Assembly: GCA_038205115.1 (NCBI GenBank) | Contig: JBBRCE010000022.1 | Span: forward strand, 7,338-71,337 | Source of the DNA: Pirellulales bacterium | GTDB lineage: Bacteria > Planctomycetota > Planctomycetia > Pirellulales > JBBRCE01 | Reading direction: 5' to 3' | Length of the DNA: 64,000 bases | Part shown: positions 1 through 8,757 of the stretch, in pieces | How the letters are laid out: each line of letters begins with the position of its first letter | Numbering within the stretch: the first letter of the stretch is position 1 | The notes under the pieces: model-generated | What the model was told of the DNA's origin: nothing | Databases searched by the model: none | Seen by the model: only the letters and a program-made list of their open reading frames with translations | Translations under genes and position numbers: made by a program

Positions 1-126
1 AGCCGAGGTGCAAAATGACCGCAATCGCAACGCGAACAGGCTCGCGCGGCGTTGGTTTTGCCGTAGCCGGTTCACACATACTCGCTGTCCGCGGCAAAAG
101 AAATGGGCGGCCCGACACGCCGCCGC

Positions 127-954
127 TTACGTCGCGGCGGCATCGTCGGGAATGAGTCGGCCGGGCGAGCCCATGATATTGAAGCCGCCGTCCAAATGCA
201 GAATTTCGCCCGTGATGCCGCCCGACATGTCCGAAAGTAAGAAGCAGCCCGACTTGCCGCATTCCTCCTCGGTAATATTGCGCGAGAGTGGCGCCATTTT
301 TTCGTACAGTCGCATCATTTTATCCACGCCGGCAGCGCGACCGGCCAGCGTGTTGACCGGCCCGGCGCTCAAGGCGTTGACGCGGATGCCGCTGGGCCCC
401 AGGTCGAACGCCAGATATTTGACGATCGAATCGAGCGCCGCTTTGCAAACGCCCATCACGTTGTAACCGGGCACCATTTTTTCGCCGCCGAGGTATGTCA
501 TCGTCAAAATCGATGCTCCGGGCGCGAGAATGCCTTTGGCCGCGTTTGCCACGGCAATCAGGCTGAACGCGCTGATTTCCATCGCGGTCATGAAACCGGC
601 GCGACTGGTATCGATGGTGTCGCGTTTGAGGTCATCGAGTGTGGCGAAGGCGATCGAATGCAGGAGAAAGTCAATTTTGCCAAACTCGTCGCCCGCTCGC
701 TTCATCACCGCGGCGAGATCATCGTCCTTGCAGACATCCAGCGGCATCAGAAACTTAGCCGATTCGGGCAGCTTGTCCGTCAGCATGGCCACGCGGCGAC
801 GGTTGCGTTGCCGGTCATCGTCGGCCCGATCAGGCAGATGGGTGAAGCCGCATACACCGCCTTCGGCCATGATCTTTTGGGCGATCGCCCAGGCAATCGA
901 ATGATCGTTAGCGACGCCGAGGATTAAACCTTTTTTGCCGTCGAATAGTCCCAT
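127..954 (-). CDS. fabI: enoyl-[acyl-carrier-protein] reductase (NADH), FabI
   Basis: ORF 127..1080 trimmed to Met43 (MGLFDGKKGLILGVANDHSIAWAIAQ...). The N-terminus and SDR core are FabI-type. The 42 upstream codons are Cys/Trp/Arg-rich and not protein-like. Confidence 0.9.
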   Translation of the reverse strand: MGLFDGKKGLILGVANDHSIAWAIAQKIMAEGGVCGFTHLPDRADDDRQRNRRRVAMLTDKLPESAKFLMPLDVCKDDDLAAVMKRAGDEFGKIDFLLHSIAFATLDDLKRDTIDTSRAGFMTAMEISAFSLIAVANAAKGILAPGASILTMTYLGGEKMVPGYNVMGVCKAALDSIVKYLAFDLGPSGIRVNALSAGPVNTLAGRAAGVDKMMRLYEKMAPLSRNITEEECGKSGCFLLSDMSGGITGEILHLDGGFNIMGSPGRLIPDDAAAT

Positions 955-1094
955 GCTCAAGCTCCCCGCAAATCGCCGCGAATGATTTCGATAATTGATC
1001 GTCAGCTGTGTTTTTTCGAACCAGCAGCATACACCACCACGGCCCACTTGCTCAACCGATGGCGGCAGCACCGCAGGCATAAAATCATCACGCT

Positions 1095-1143
1095 GAAAAC
1101 GAAATCGCCTCGCTAGTGCATCTCTGCCGCCAGCGAGGCGATT
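1095..1143 (-). terminator. intrinsic terminator candidate downstream of the HhH-repeat gene
   Basis: 12-bp perfect stem AATCGCCTCGCT (1103-1114) / AGCGAGGCGATT (1132-1143) with a 17-nt loop. On the minus strand it is followed by TCGTTTTC. It lies 42 nt after the stop at 1185. Confidence 0.5.
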
Positions 1144-1184
1144 GTCGATTGCTTCTTGTCAGCTGTCGCCAAACTGTTGGCGGG

Positions 1185-2744
1185 TTACTTCGACGCGCGA
1201 TAACCGGCCTTTACGGCATCCGCTTCGGTCATCCAACTGCCCTCTTTGGTCTTGCCATACCATTGGTCGCCTTCCAGGTGGAACACCTTTGACTCGGAAT
1301 TCACCCAGACCAGCCCTTTTTTGGGCGGTGTGCGGGCGACGATGTCGCTGCTGGCGGCCGGGGTCTTGACTTCGGACTTGATCATCACCAGATCTTTGAC
1401 CTTGGCGTATTCGGCCGCGCCTAGAACTTTTTCGAGTTCGGCAACGGTCTTGAACGGCCGAGCGGCCATAATCTTGGCCGAGCGCTGTTCGCCAATGCCG
1501 GGCAACGAGTCGAGCTGCTCTGCCGTGGCAGCGTTCAGGTCGATCTTTTCACCAGTCTTGGGCACTTCGGTCTTGGTGGTCTTGGTATCCGTCTTCGGAT
1601 CGGTCTTCGTCACCACCGGCGGAGTTTTGGTGTCCGGCTTCGCAGTGACGGGGGTTTTCGGTTCGGGCTTGGTCGTCGTCGCCGGCGTGGTGGTTTTGGT
1701 TTCGGTTTTAGTGACCGGCGTCTTGACTTCCGCAGCGCCAAACGTAATTTCGCTCTTGAATTTGTCGATCAGCGACTGCGAAATTTCCGCACGCTTTTCC
1801 AGATCGTCCAGCGACTTGAACGGCCGCCCTGCCATCAGCTTCTTTGCCGTCGCTTCGCCAACGCCGTCGAGCGCTTTCAGTTGTGCTTCATCCGCATTGT
1901 TGACGTCGACTTTGGCGGCCGACGTTTTGGGATCAACCTTAGGCGTAGCTTTTGGATCAGTCTTTGGCGTAACTTTGGGATCGGTCTTGGGCGTGACCTT
2001 GGGGTCCGGTTTGGGTTCAGCCGTGGGCGTGGGCTTCGGATCGACCTTAACGGTTGTCACCGGCGGTTTTGCCTCTGCTGAGCCAAACGTGATTTCGCCT
2101 TTGAATTTGTCGATCAAGGTCTGCGAAACTTCCGATCGCTTCTCAAGATCCGCCAGTGATTTGAAGGGGCGCGTCGCCATCAGTTTTTTGGCAGTTGCTT
2201 CGCCAACGCCGTCGAGTGCTTTCAACTCGGCTTCATCGGCTTTGTTGATGTCAACTTTGCCGGCCGCCTTGGGCGCGTCTTTGGTGACGGCTTTCTTTTC
2301 TTCCGTCTTGGTTGCCGGAGTTGGCGTTTTGGTTTCGACTTTGGTGGCTGGCTTTGTCGGTTCCGGTTTGGTTACTTCCGGTTTGGTTACCGCCGGCTTT
2401 GTTTTGGCCGGAGCCTTGGGCGTTTCCTTTTTGACGTCGACCTTGGCCGGTTTGGGTTCTTCTTTCTTTTCGGATGCGCCGCCCTTGAGGACGACTTCGG
2501 CGCGAATTTTTTCGACATCGGCTCCGCTCAGGCCGGCCTTGGTTTCCAGATCCTTGTAGCTGGCATACGGGCGGTTATCGACGATCTTTTTGGCCTTGGC
2601 CGCGCCGATCCCCGGCAATTCTTTGAGCTGCGCTTCGGAAGCGGTATTGAGGTTGACTTTTTCAGCCGCAAAAAGCGTGGCGGTCGAAAGCGCCAGACTC
2701 AGCGCAAATAGTCCTGCCGTCAATGTATGTCGCCAGATGTTCAT
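1185..2744 (-). CDS. secreted protein with four ComEA-like helix-hairpin-helix modules and K/P/T-rich linkers
   Basis: ORF 1185..2996 trimmed to Met85, with GGAGAA just upstream and the signal peptide MNIWRHTLTAGLFALSLALSTATLFAAE. HhH motifs are LPGIGAAKAKKIV, LDGVGEATAKKLM (twice) and LPGIGEQRSAKIM. The C-terminus carries a conserved VWVNSESKVFHLEGDQWYGKTKEG tail. Confidence 0.75.
   Translation of the reverse strand: MNIWRHTLTAGLFALSLALSTATLFAAEKVNLNTASEAQLKELPGIGAAKAKKIVDNRPYASYKDLETKAGLSGADVEKIRAEVVLKGGASEKKEEPKPAKVDVKKETPKAPAKTKPAVTKPEVTKPEPTKPATKVETKTPTPATKTEEKKAVTKDAPKAAGKVDINKADEAELKALDGVGEATAKKLMATRPFKSLADLEKRSEVSQTLIDKFKGEITFGSAEAKPPVTTVKVDPKPTPTAEPKPDPKVTPKTDPKVTPKTDPKATPKVDPKTSAAKVDVNNADEAQLKALDGVGEATAKKLMAGRPFKSLDDLEKRAEISQSLIDKFKSEITFGAAEVKTPVTKTETKTTTPATTTKPEPKTPVTAKPDTKTPPVVTKTDPKTDTKTTKTEVPKTGEKIDLNAATAEQLDSLPGIGEQRSAKIMAARPFKTVAELEKVLGAAEYAKVKDLVMIKSEVKTPAASSDIVARTPPKKGLVWVNSESKVFHLEGDQWYGKTKEGSWMTEADAVKAGYRASK
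1735..2265 (-). repeat. internal ~185-nt duplication (copies 1735-1919 and 2081-2265) encoding two near-identical HhH modules
   Basis: Peptides KVDVNNADEAQLKALDGVGEATAKKLMAGRPFKSLDDLEKRAEISQSLIDKFKSEITFG and KVDINKADEAELKALDGVGEATAKKLMATRPFKSLADLEKRSEVSQTLIDKFKGEITFG. The nucleotide copies align by eye with scattered substitutions. Confidence 0.8.
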
Positions 2745-3233
2745 GGGGTCGTTCTCCGGGAAGTTAGCAATCCGCGCAAAAAGCTGCGCGGTCATCGCAT
2801 GGGGTTGGCAAAGATCAGAGCTTGTTGAATTTGCTTGCATTATAACTTGTCGCAACCGTGCGAATGCAAGCATTCTCGGCAGGATTTTCGCAGCCACGCC
2901 CAGGGCCGCTTCAGCCGGCGGTTGGCTGGTAACGATCGGCGAAACCTGAGTGGCGGGCAAGGCAGGCGTTGAGGCAGGGCGCGTGGCGGGCCGCATTCAA
3001 TTCTCTGCGAATTGCTGGCAACCACGCCGGTCATTCTCAACTACGCGGCGTCGGCGAAACAGTTCGATCGGACAAAAAAAAATCGCCGAGTGTACCGCGT
3101 CGGCATTTGCTGACTTAACCGTGAACTACTACCGACTGGCGAAAATCCTCTGGCCCGCGCGCCCGGAGCATTGACGCCTTGGCTGGGGTACCGAAAATGA
3201 ACCGCTTCTCGAACCCACTCGGATCAACTCGCT

Positions 3234-3974
3234 ATGCCAAACTTTGCTGTGATTTTGCCGGCCGCCGGCAAGAGTAGCCGTTTCAAAGACAAAAACTACA
3301 AGAAGCCATTTGCGCCACTGGGCGGTCGAGCGGTGTGGCTGTATTCGGCCGAGCGGTTTCTCAATCGGCCTGATGTCAAGCAGGTGTTGCTGGTGATTTC
3401 GCCGGAAGATCGCGAGGATTTCGATTTCAAATTCTCGGCCAACGTGGCCATCTTGGGCATCGACGTCGTCGAGGGCGGCGACGAGCGGGCGGATTCCGTC
3501 CAGCGCGCGCTGGCCCGCGTGCGCGCCGACTGTGACTATGTGGCCATTCACGACGCGGCCCGCCCCTGCCTGGCCGACGTCTGGATCGACAACGTTTTTG
3601 CCGCTGCCGTGAAATCCGAAGCCGCCATTCTTGCCATTCCGGTGGCAGGCACGCTGAAACGGGCCGCGGCTGATCAAACCATCAGCGAAACGGTGCCCCG
3701 CGCCGGCCTGTGGGAAGCGCAAACGCCGCAGGTCTTCCGTCGCACGCTGCTACTCGAAGCCTACGCCCAGCGTGGCGATTTTCAGGCCACCGACGATTCC
3801 CAACTGGTCGAACGACTTGGTCGCAAGGTGACGCTGGTGCCCGGCTCGCCCATCAATCTCAAAATTGCCACGCGTGAAGACCTCCGCCTGGCCGAACAAG
3901 CGCTGAAGGCGTTACCGAAGCCCCGGCTCGACAACCACGCGCATCCGTTTGCCGGCGACGATATTTGGCGGTGA
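3234..3974 (+). CDS. ispD: 2-C-methyl-D-erythritol 4-phosphate cytidylyltransferase
   Basis: N-terminal motif AVILPAAGKSSRF. IspD-type core (VAIHDAARP, TLKRA, WEAQTPQVF). Confidence 0.9.
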   Translation: MPNFAVILPAAGKSSRFKDKNYKKPFAPLGGRAVWLYSAERFLNRPDVKQVLLVISPEDREDFDFKFSANVAILGIDVVEGGDERADSVQRALARVRADCDYVAIHDAARPCLADVWIDNVFAAAVKSEAAILAIPVAGTLKRAAADQTISETVPRAGLWEAQTPQVFRRTLLLEAYAQRGDFQATDDSQLVERLGRKVTLVPGSPINLKIATREDLRLAEQALKALPKPRLDNHAHPFAGDDIWR

Positions 3975-4033
3975 GGAGCAGGGGGCAGAGAGAGAGACGA
4001 GAGAGACGAGAGGGGCGTAGGGCCGGGGAACGA
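3971..4033 (+). repeat. left (purine-rich) inverted arm flanking the four-helix-bundle gene
   Basis: GTGAGGAGCAGGGGGCAGAGAGAGAGACGAGAGAGACGAGAGGGGCGTAGGGCCGGGG. It begins on the ispD stop codon and is complementary in composition and termini to 4507-4566. Confidence 0.6.
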
Positions 4034-4073
4034 GATTGCAGAGTCGACTTCAAACGCAATTTTTTGAAAGGAA

Positions 4074-4448
4074 ATGAAAATGCAGGTGCGACGTTTTCGT
4101 GACTTGTTGGCTTGGCAACGGGCGATGGAATTGGCTGAGTTGATTTACGAGATCAGCGCCAAGTTCCCGAACGCAGAGCGATTTGGATTGACTGACCAGC
4201 TTCGTCGAGCTGCGGTTTCGGTGCCAAGCAACATCGCGGAAGGGCATGACCGAAACTCGACGCGAGAATTCGTTCATTTTTTATCGATCGCGCGCGGTTC
4301 ACTCGCCGAAGTCGAAACTCAGCTAGAATTAGCCGACCGATTGAAGTTTCGCGATTCGGAAGTCTTCGGCCCGGCCTATCCACTAATCGATCAAGTCGGA
4401 CGTTTAATTTCCGGATTGTCAAAATCACTTCGTCAGCGCGATTCATAA
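4074..4448 (+). CDS. four-helix-bundle protein (23S rRNA intervening-sequence protein family)
   Basis: FRDLLAWQRAMELAELIYEISAKFP...ERFGLTDQLRRAAVSVPSNIAEG...FLSIARGSLAEVETQLELA is the canonical signature of TIGR02436/PF05635. Confidence 0.85.
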   Translation: MKMQVRRFRDLLAWQRAMELAELIYEISAKFPNAERFGLTDQLRRAAVSVPSNIAEGHDRNSTREFVHFLSIARGSLAEVETQLELADRLKFRDSEVFGPAYPLIDQVGRLISGLSKSLRQRDS

Positions 4449-4506
4449 ACCGTGTACTTTCGCCATCCATTCCATCAACCATACCGATCAAGTCGTCATG
4501 TCAAAT

Positions 4507-4566
4507 CCCTCTTTCACCTCCGCCTCTTCCGCCTCTTCCGTCCCTTCCTCCCCCCTCGCCCCTCAC
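4507..4566 (+). repeat. right (pyrimidine-rich) inverted arm flanking the four-helix-bundle gene
   Basis: CCCTCTTTCACCTCCGCCTCTTCCGCCTCTTCCGTCCCTTCCTCCCCCCTCGCCCCTCAC. The reverse complement of its last 15 nt matches 3971-3985 at 12/15. It ends 1 nt before the tyrS ATG. Confidence 0.6.
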
Positions 4567-5853
4567 ATGCCCGTTCCCCTGATCCCCGACCTCCGCTACC
4601 GCGGCTTGATTCACCAAACGACGGACGACGCGAACCTGCCGGCTTGGTTGGCGGCCGAATCGCGGACGGTGTATGCCGGATTTGATCCGACAGCCGATAG
4701 TTTGCACGTCGGCTCGTTGATGCCGCTGCTGATGCTGCGCCGGTTTCAGCGCGCGGGCCATCGGCCGATTGCCGTGGTCGGCGGCGCGACCGGAATGATT
4801 GGCGATCCCAGTGGCAAAAGCGAAGAGCGCAAACTGCTCTCCAAAGATACGCTCCAGGCGAACCTCGCCGGCATCGCAGCGCAAATGCGCAGCTTTTTGG
4901 ATTTTTCGCCCGGACCAACTTCAGCTCTCCTACTGAATAACAACGACTGGATGAGCTCGTTCAGCTTTTTGGAATTTCTCCGCGATGTCGGCAAACATTT
5001 TCCGGTCAATGTGATGCTGGCCAAGGATTCCGTCAAAGCGCGTTTGGAACGGGCGGATAGCGGCATGAGTTACACCGAGTTCAGTTACATGCTGCTGCAA
5101 GCGTACGATTTCGTGCATCTCAACCAGCAGCATGGTTGTCAGTTGCAAGTCGGCGGTAGCGATCAGTGGGGCAACATCACCGCCGGCATCGATCTGGGCC
5201 GCCGGCTGCACGGCGTGCAACTCTACGGCATCACGAACCCGCTGCTGACCAAAAGCGACGGCGGAAAGATGGGCAAAACCGAGTCCGGCGCCATTTGGCT
5301 TTCGGCCGCGCGAACAAGTCCCTACGCTTTTTACCAATACTGGATCAATGTCGACGACGCCGATGCCGGCAAGTGTCTGCGATTTTTAACCGAATTGGAT
5401 CACGCCGAAATCGAATCGCTGGACGACGCGCGTACCGCCAATCCCAGCGCTCGCGACAGTCAACGCCGCCTGGCGGAGTCGCTCACGCAGCTCATTCACG
5501 GACAAAGTGGGCTGGATGCCGCGCGGCGAGCGACAGAAATCTTTTTTGGGGCCGAAATTGGCCAGCTCAGTGACGCCCAGCTCACGGACATCTTTGCCGA
5601 TGTGCCCAATAAAGAACTACCGCGCGAAAAACTCTCCGGCGAAGGCCTGAAAATCATCGACGCACTGATTGCTTGCGGCCTGGCCAGAAACAGCAGCGAC
5701 GCGCGTCGCACCATCGAGCAAGGTGGCGCGTACGTGAATAACCGGCGCGTCGATTCCATCGCCCGTCAACTGACCGCGGCCGATCTGGCCAGCGAAACCG
5801 TGCTGGTCCTCCGCACCGGCAAGCGCAAATACGGCCTGCTGAAATTCGCGTGA
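4567..5853 (+). CDS. tyrS: tyrosine--tRNA ligase
   Basis: ORF 4498..5853 trimmed to Met24 (MPVPLIPDLRYRGLIHQTTD), which is the usual distance from the RGLI motif. HIGH-type HVGS, KMSKS-type KMGKT and a C-terminal S4 domain are present. The 23 upstream codons are the CT-rich repeat arm. Confidence 0.9.
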   Translation: MPVPLIPDLRYRGLIHQTTDDANLPAWLAAESRTVYAGFDPTADSLHVGSLMPLLMLRRFQRAGHRPIAVVGGATGMIGDPSGKSEERKLLSKDTLQANLAGIAAQMRSFLDFSPGPTSALLLNNNDWMSSFSFLEFLRDVGKHFPVNVMLAKDSVKARLERADSGMSYTEFSYMLLQAYDFVHLNQQHGCQLQVGGSDQWGNITAGIDLGRRLHGVQLYGITNPLLTKSDGGKMGKTESGAIWLSAARTSPYAFYQYWINVDDADAGKCLRFLTELDHAEIESLDDARTANPSARDSQRRLAESLTQLIHGQSGLDAARRATEIFFGAEIGQLSDAQLTDIFADVPNKELPREKLSGEGLKIIDALIACGLARNSSDARRTIEQGGAYVNNRRVDSIARQLTAADLASETVLVLRTGKRKYGLLKFA

Positions 5854-5868
5854 CGCAAAAGGGTTGTT

Positions 5869-6351
5869 TTACGTAATCTTGACGTGCGTCACGGCCAGCG
5901 CCGGCAACTCGACGATCGCCAGCGTATGCGGATTTGCGCGATACAGCGCGCCGGGATTCAGCAGAATCGTTTTTCCATGTTTCGTATTCTGGGCGACATG
6001 CGTGTGTCCCGTGCAAACCAAATCGTACTGACCTCCTTCCACGGTTTCGCGCAAGCGAGTTGAATCGTCGCCATGCAGGACGGCGATGCGAATTTGTTCC
6101 CAATTGAGTTCCGCGAATCGATCGTGGCAATGCTGTCCGGCGGCCTCGATCGCTTCTCGCAACGAACGGGCATGGTCGACATTTCCGAACACAAAGTGCG
6201 TGGGCCAGGCGGAAAACAGCGGCACCACTTCCTCTGTGCCAAGATCACCGCAGTGAATCACGCGTTCGACATTCAGGCTTTCCAGCATCCGCGCCGCGGC
6301 GCGGGTGTTCTCCACGTGCCCATGCGTGTCACTGACCACGCCAATCAACAT
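5869..6351 (-). CDS. YfcE/MJ0936-type metallophosphoesterase
   Basis: ORF trimmed to MLIGVVSDTHGH. Motifs GDLG, HGD and GHTHV are present. Confidence 0.8.
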   Translation of the reverse strand: MLIGVVSDTHGHVENTRAAARMLESLNVERVIHCGDLGTEEVVPLFSAWPTHFVFGNVDHARSLREAIEAAGQHCHDRFAELNWEQIRIAVLHGDDSTRLRETVEGGQYDLVCTGHTHVAQNTKHGKTILLNPGALYRANPHTLAIVELPALAVTHVKIT

Positions 6352-6477
6352 AAGATGCTCGCTTGATGCCTTGGAAAACCGCTGGTCAGTTTTGTTGAGT
6401 TTGGGTCGCGGATGGTGTCCCAACAGTTTATAGTAACGCCGGTTTTTCGTTTCCGAAACGTACGAGTCGCCGACACT

Positions 6478-7287
6478 ATGGACTATACCTCAGCTCAACT
6501 AGTGGCCGGCATCTGCCTGGCGTTGCTGCTACTTTGGCTGATCGTGCGCTTGCTTCGCGCGCTGCTGAACAGCCCGCACTCGCCGCCGCTCACGGTGTTG
6601 TACTGGATCAACCAGTTGATTACCAGGATTATGTGGCGTTCCGAAATTTCCGGTCCGATGCCGGCCGACGAGGGTCACGGCGCCGTCATTGTTTGCAACC
6701 ACGTCAGTGGGATCGATCCGCTAGTGATTCAACTCTCCACGCAGCGCGTCGTCCACTGGATGGTGGCGCGCGAATACATGCTGCACTGGACCATGGCCTG
6801 GGGCTTTCGCATTCTGCAAGCGATTCCGGTCAATCGCGGCGGAATCGATACTGCTGCCACCAAATCGGCCATTCGACTGGCCAGCCAGGGCGAACTGGTC
6901 GGCATGTTTCCCGAAGGCCGAATTAACGACTCGGGCAAACTGATGATTCCCGGCCGGCCCGGCGCGATCGTCGTGGCGCTCAAAGCCAAGGTGCCCATCA
7001 TTCCGTGTTACATTGTCGGCACGCCCTACAACGGCAGCCCGACGCAGAGCCTGATCATGATGGCACATGCGCGGCTGACGATCGGCAAACCCATCGATCT
7101 GTCCGAATTTTACAATCGCGAGCGCGAGCCGGCAGTCGTCGAGCTACTGACGCGTCGCGTGCTGGGCGCGATTGCCACGCTGGCCGGTCAGCCAGATTTT
7201 CCCGTCGAACTTGCCGGCCGACGCTGGCGGACCGCTGCGGACGACGATCCGGCGGACGTCGCCGCTGAGTCGGACTCGCCGGCCTAA
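6478..7287 (+). CDS. lysophospholipid (1-acyl-sn-glycerol-3-phosphate) acyltransferase family protein
   Basis: ORF trimmed to MDYTSAQLVAGICLALLLLWL (TM helix). Acyltransferase motifs NHVSGID (HxxxxD) and FPEGRIN are present. Confidence 0.8.
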   Translation: MDYTSAQLVAGICLALLLLWLIVRLLRALLNSPHSPPLTVLYWINQLITRIMWRSEISGPMPADEGHGAVIVCNHVSGIDPLVIQLSTQRVVHWMVAREYMLHWTMAWGFRILQAIPVNRGGIDTAATKSAIRLASQGELVGMFPEGRINDSGKLMIPGRPGAIVVALKAKVPIIPCYIVGTPYNGSPTQSLIMMAHARLTIGKPIDLSEFYNREREPAVVELLTRRVLGAIATLAGQPDFPVELAGRRWRTAADDDPADVAAESDSPA

Positions 7288-7384
7288 TCGACCAAACAAT
7301 GCGATTTCAGCGACCGCAGCTTCATGTGGTGGGCGACTGCCAACCGCACGTGGGCGGTCGCTCGCGTCTGCAGCCCGCCGCGGA

Positions 7385-7390
7385 TACAAT
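7385..7390 (+). promoter_or_regulatory. -10-like hexamer TACAAT upstream of rnpB
   Basis: TACAAT lies 11 nt before the first P1 nucleotide of the RNase P RNA. No good -35 element was seen. Confidence 0.35.
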
Positions 7391-7401
7391 CCACGACAAG
7401 G

Positions 7402-7810
7402 AGTGGGCAGGATGGCCGCTGGTCTGAACGAATTTCGTTTCAGACGGGAGGAAAGTCCGGGCTCCGCAGGGCACGATGGTGGGTAACGCCCACCGGCCGC
7501 AAGGCCCGGGAAAGTGCAACAGAAAGCAAACCGCCTCGTGGACGCCCCTTGGCGTTCACGCGGTAAGGGTGAAACGGTGAGGTAAGAGCTCACCAGCAGG
7601 TCGGGTGACCGCCTGGCTAGGTAAACCCCATCGGGAGCAAGGCCAAACAGGGAGCAAGTCGCGCGCAAGCGCGGCGCGGATCGGCCCGATCCGTTATCGA
7701 CTTCCGGGTAGGCTGCTCGAGGCGCCGGGTAATCGGCGTCCTAGAGAAATGGCCATCGCGCGCGGCGAACGTGTTCGCCATGCGAACAGAACCCGGCTTA
7801 CATGCCCACT
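7402..7810 (+). ncRNA. rnpB: RNase P RNA, bacterial type A
   Basis: Universal blocks GGAGGAAAGTCCGGGCTCC (7447-), GGTAAGGGTGAAACGGTG, AGCAAGGCCAAA and ACAGAACCCGGCTTA (7786-). P1 pairs AGTGGGCA (7402-7409) with TGCCCACT (7803-7810). A T-run follows. Confidence 0.93.
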
Positions 7811-7833
7811 TCTTTTTTTGATCTTGCGCCGCA

Positions 7834-7868
7834 CCCCTGCCTGCTCTTCATCTAAGAACAGGCAGGGG
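7834..7868. terminator. 10-bp perfect hairpin between rnpB and the convergent gene
   Basis: CCCCTGCCTG (7834-7843) / CAGGCAGGGG (7859-7868) with a 15-nt loop. No clean U-tract lies on either side, so its function and strand are uncertain. Confidence 0.35.
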
Positions 7869-7999
7869 ACAGCGGGCAATTCACATTTTTGCAGCCACCT
7901 CAGTCATCCGTCTTTGACGGACGCACAATCAGGTGGCGACGACAGCGACCGTCAGCCACGGTGTCGAACGGCTTTGCTCGATCGCCGTGACTCGCGACA

Positions 8000-8572
8000 C
8001 TACCAGTTTGATTTATCCGTTGTGCCATGACTGGACGGCGAACTCGAATGGGAGTGCGAATGCGAACTTGCTTCCGCCTGGCCATGAGCGGCTGGCTGGC
8101 CATGAGCGGCTGGCTTGGCGGACTGACCCGTTTGACCATCCGTCGCCGGCTGATCCAAAACTTTCAACAGCCGCGAGATACACAACGAGTTCATGCTGGT
8201 GTTGTGCTTTTCGGCTTCGTCAATCAAATACTCGTGCATGCACTTGGGCATCCGCACGGTGATCACCTTGGTGGGCTCCGTGACGGCAGCCGCAGCGCCC
8301 TTTTTGGAACGCAAAGCATTGAACTGACGCTCAATCTCGGCGTACTCGTCCGTCACTTTGAAAGCTTCCAGGCTTTCCGGGGTGGGATAAGACTTGGCGA
8401 CAATGCCATCCTTGCCCAGAATCTCGCGGAAGAACGTGGCCCAATCGGCGTTCTGATTAAACAGGCCATTGGCGATTGTGGCAATCCGATTGTGGCCCTG
8501 CGCCGCCTGACCATGCGAATGCGAGTCGGCGTGGTGGGCGTGAGACTGATGGGCCTCGTGGGTCGTCGTCAT
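8000..8572 (-). CDS. His-rich protein with a ribbon-helix-helix (Arc/CopG-like) segment
   Basis: The N-terminus HEAHQSHAHHADSHSHG and the C-terminus SSHSHSHSSS are His-rich. KVITVRMPKCMHEYLIDEAEKHNTSMNSLCISRLLKVL has the beta-strand/helix/helix pattern of RHH domains. The overlapping plus-strand ORF is Arg-rich shadow. Confidence 0.6.
   Translation of the reverse strand: MTTTHEAHQSHAHHADSHSHGQAAQGHNRIATIANGLFNQNADWATFFREILGKDGIVAKSYPTPESLEAFKVTDEYAEIERQFNALRSKKGAAAAVTEPTKVITVRMPKCMHEYLIDEAEKHNTSMNSLCISRLLKVLDQPATDGQTGQSAKPAAHGQPAAHGQAEASSHSHSHSSSPSSHGTTDKSNW
8078..8113 (-). repeat. 2 x 18-nt perfect tandem repeat (encodes AAHGQP AAHGQ) inside the His-rich gene
   Basis: CTGGCCATGAGCGGCTGG occurs twice in tandem. 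Confidence 0.9.
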
Positions 8573-8757
8573 CGTGTAAAATCTCCTAGCGAATCAAAAC
8601 ATTCAATTCCGCTGACCTCCATGGCCGCGGTTCTGAACTCATCTTGCAGTGCAGTCAAGCCTCGGTCCGATATCATTGCAGAGCTAGCGTTTACGTCGAT
8701 TCTCCCGCAGTTGCTGACGCACCAGGCAGCCCTGCTCGATTTCGCGGCACGTCGCCC

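Noticed and set aside
1246-2559. Long antisense ORFs in the six-frame track. Examples: 1246..2559 (+, 437 aa), 13656..14489 (+), 15165..16079 (+), 30169..31527 (-, 452 aa), 34829..36106 (-), 38382..39527 (+), 39717..40976 (+), 46582..47970 (+).
   Set aside because: Each lies opposite a gene with clear family motifs. Their products are Arg/Gly/Ser/Val-rich low-complexity 'shadow' translations typical of high-GC DNA, with no recognisable motifs.
4498-4566. A 23-codon N-terminal extension of tyrS (MSNPSFTSASSASSVPSSPLAPH).
   Set aside because: It is the translation of the CT-rich inverted arm of the four-helix-bundle cassette. Met24 gives the normal spacing to the RGLI motif.
7144-7668. ORFs 7144..7668 (-), 7172..7486 (+), 7324..7566 (+) and 7605..8030 (+).
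   Set aside because: They overlap the RNase P RNA, whose universal conserved blocks and P1 pairing are unambiguous.
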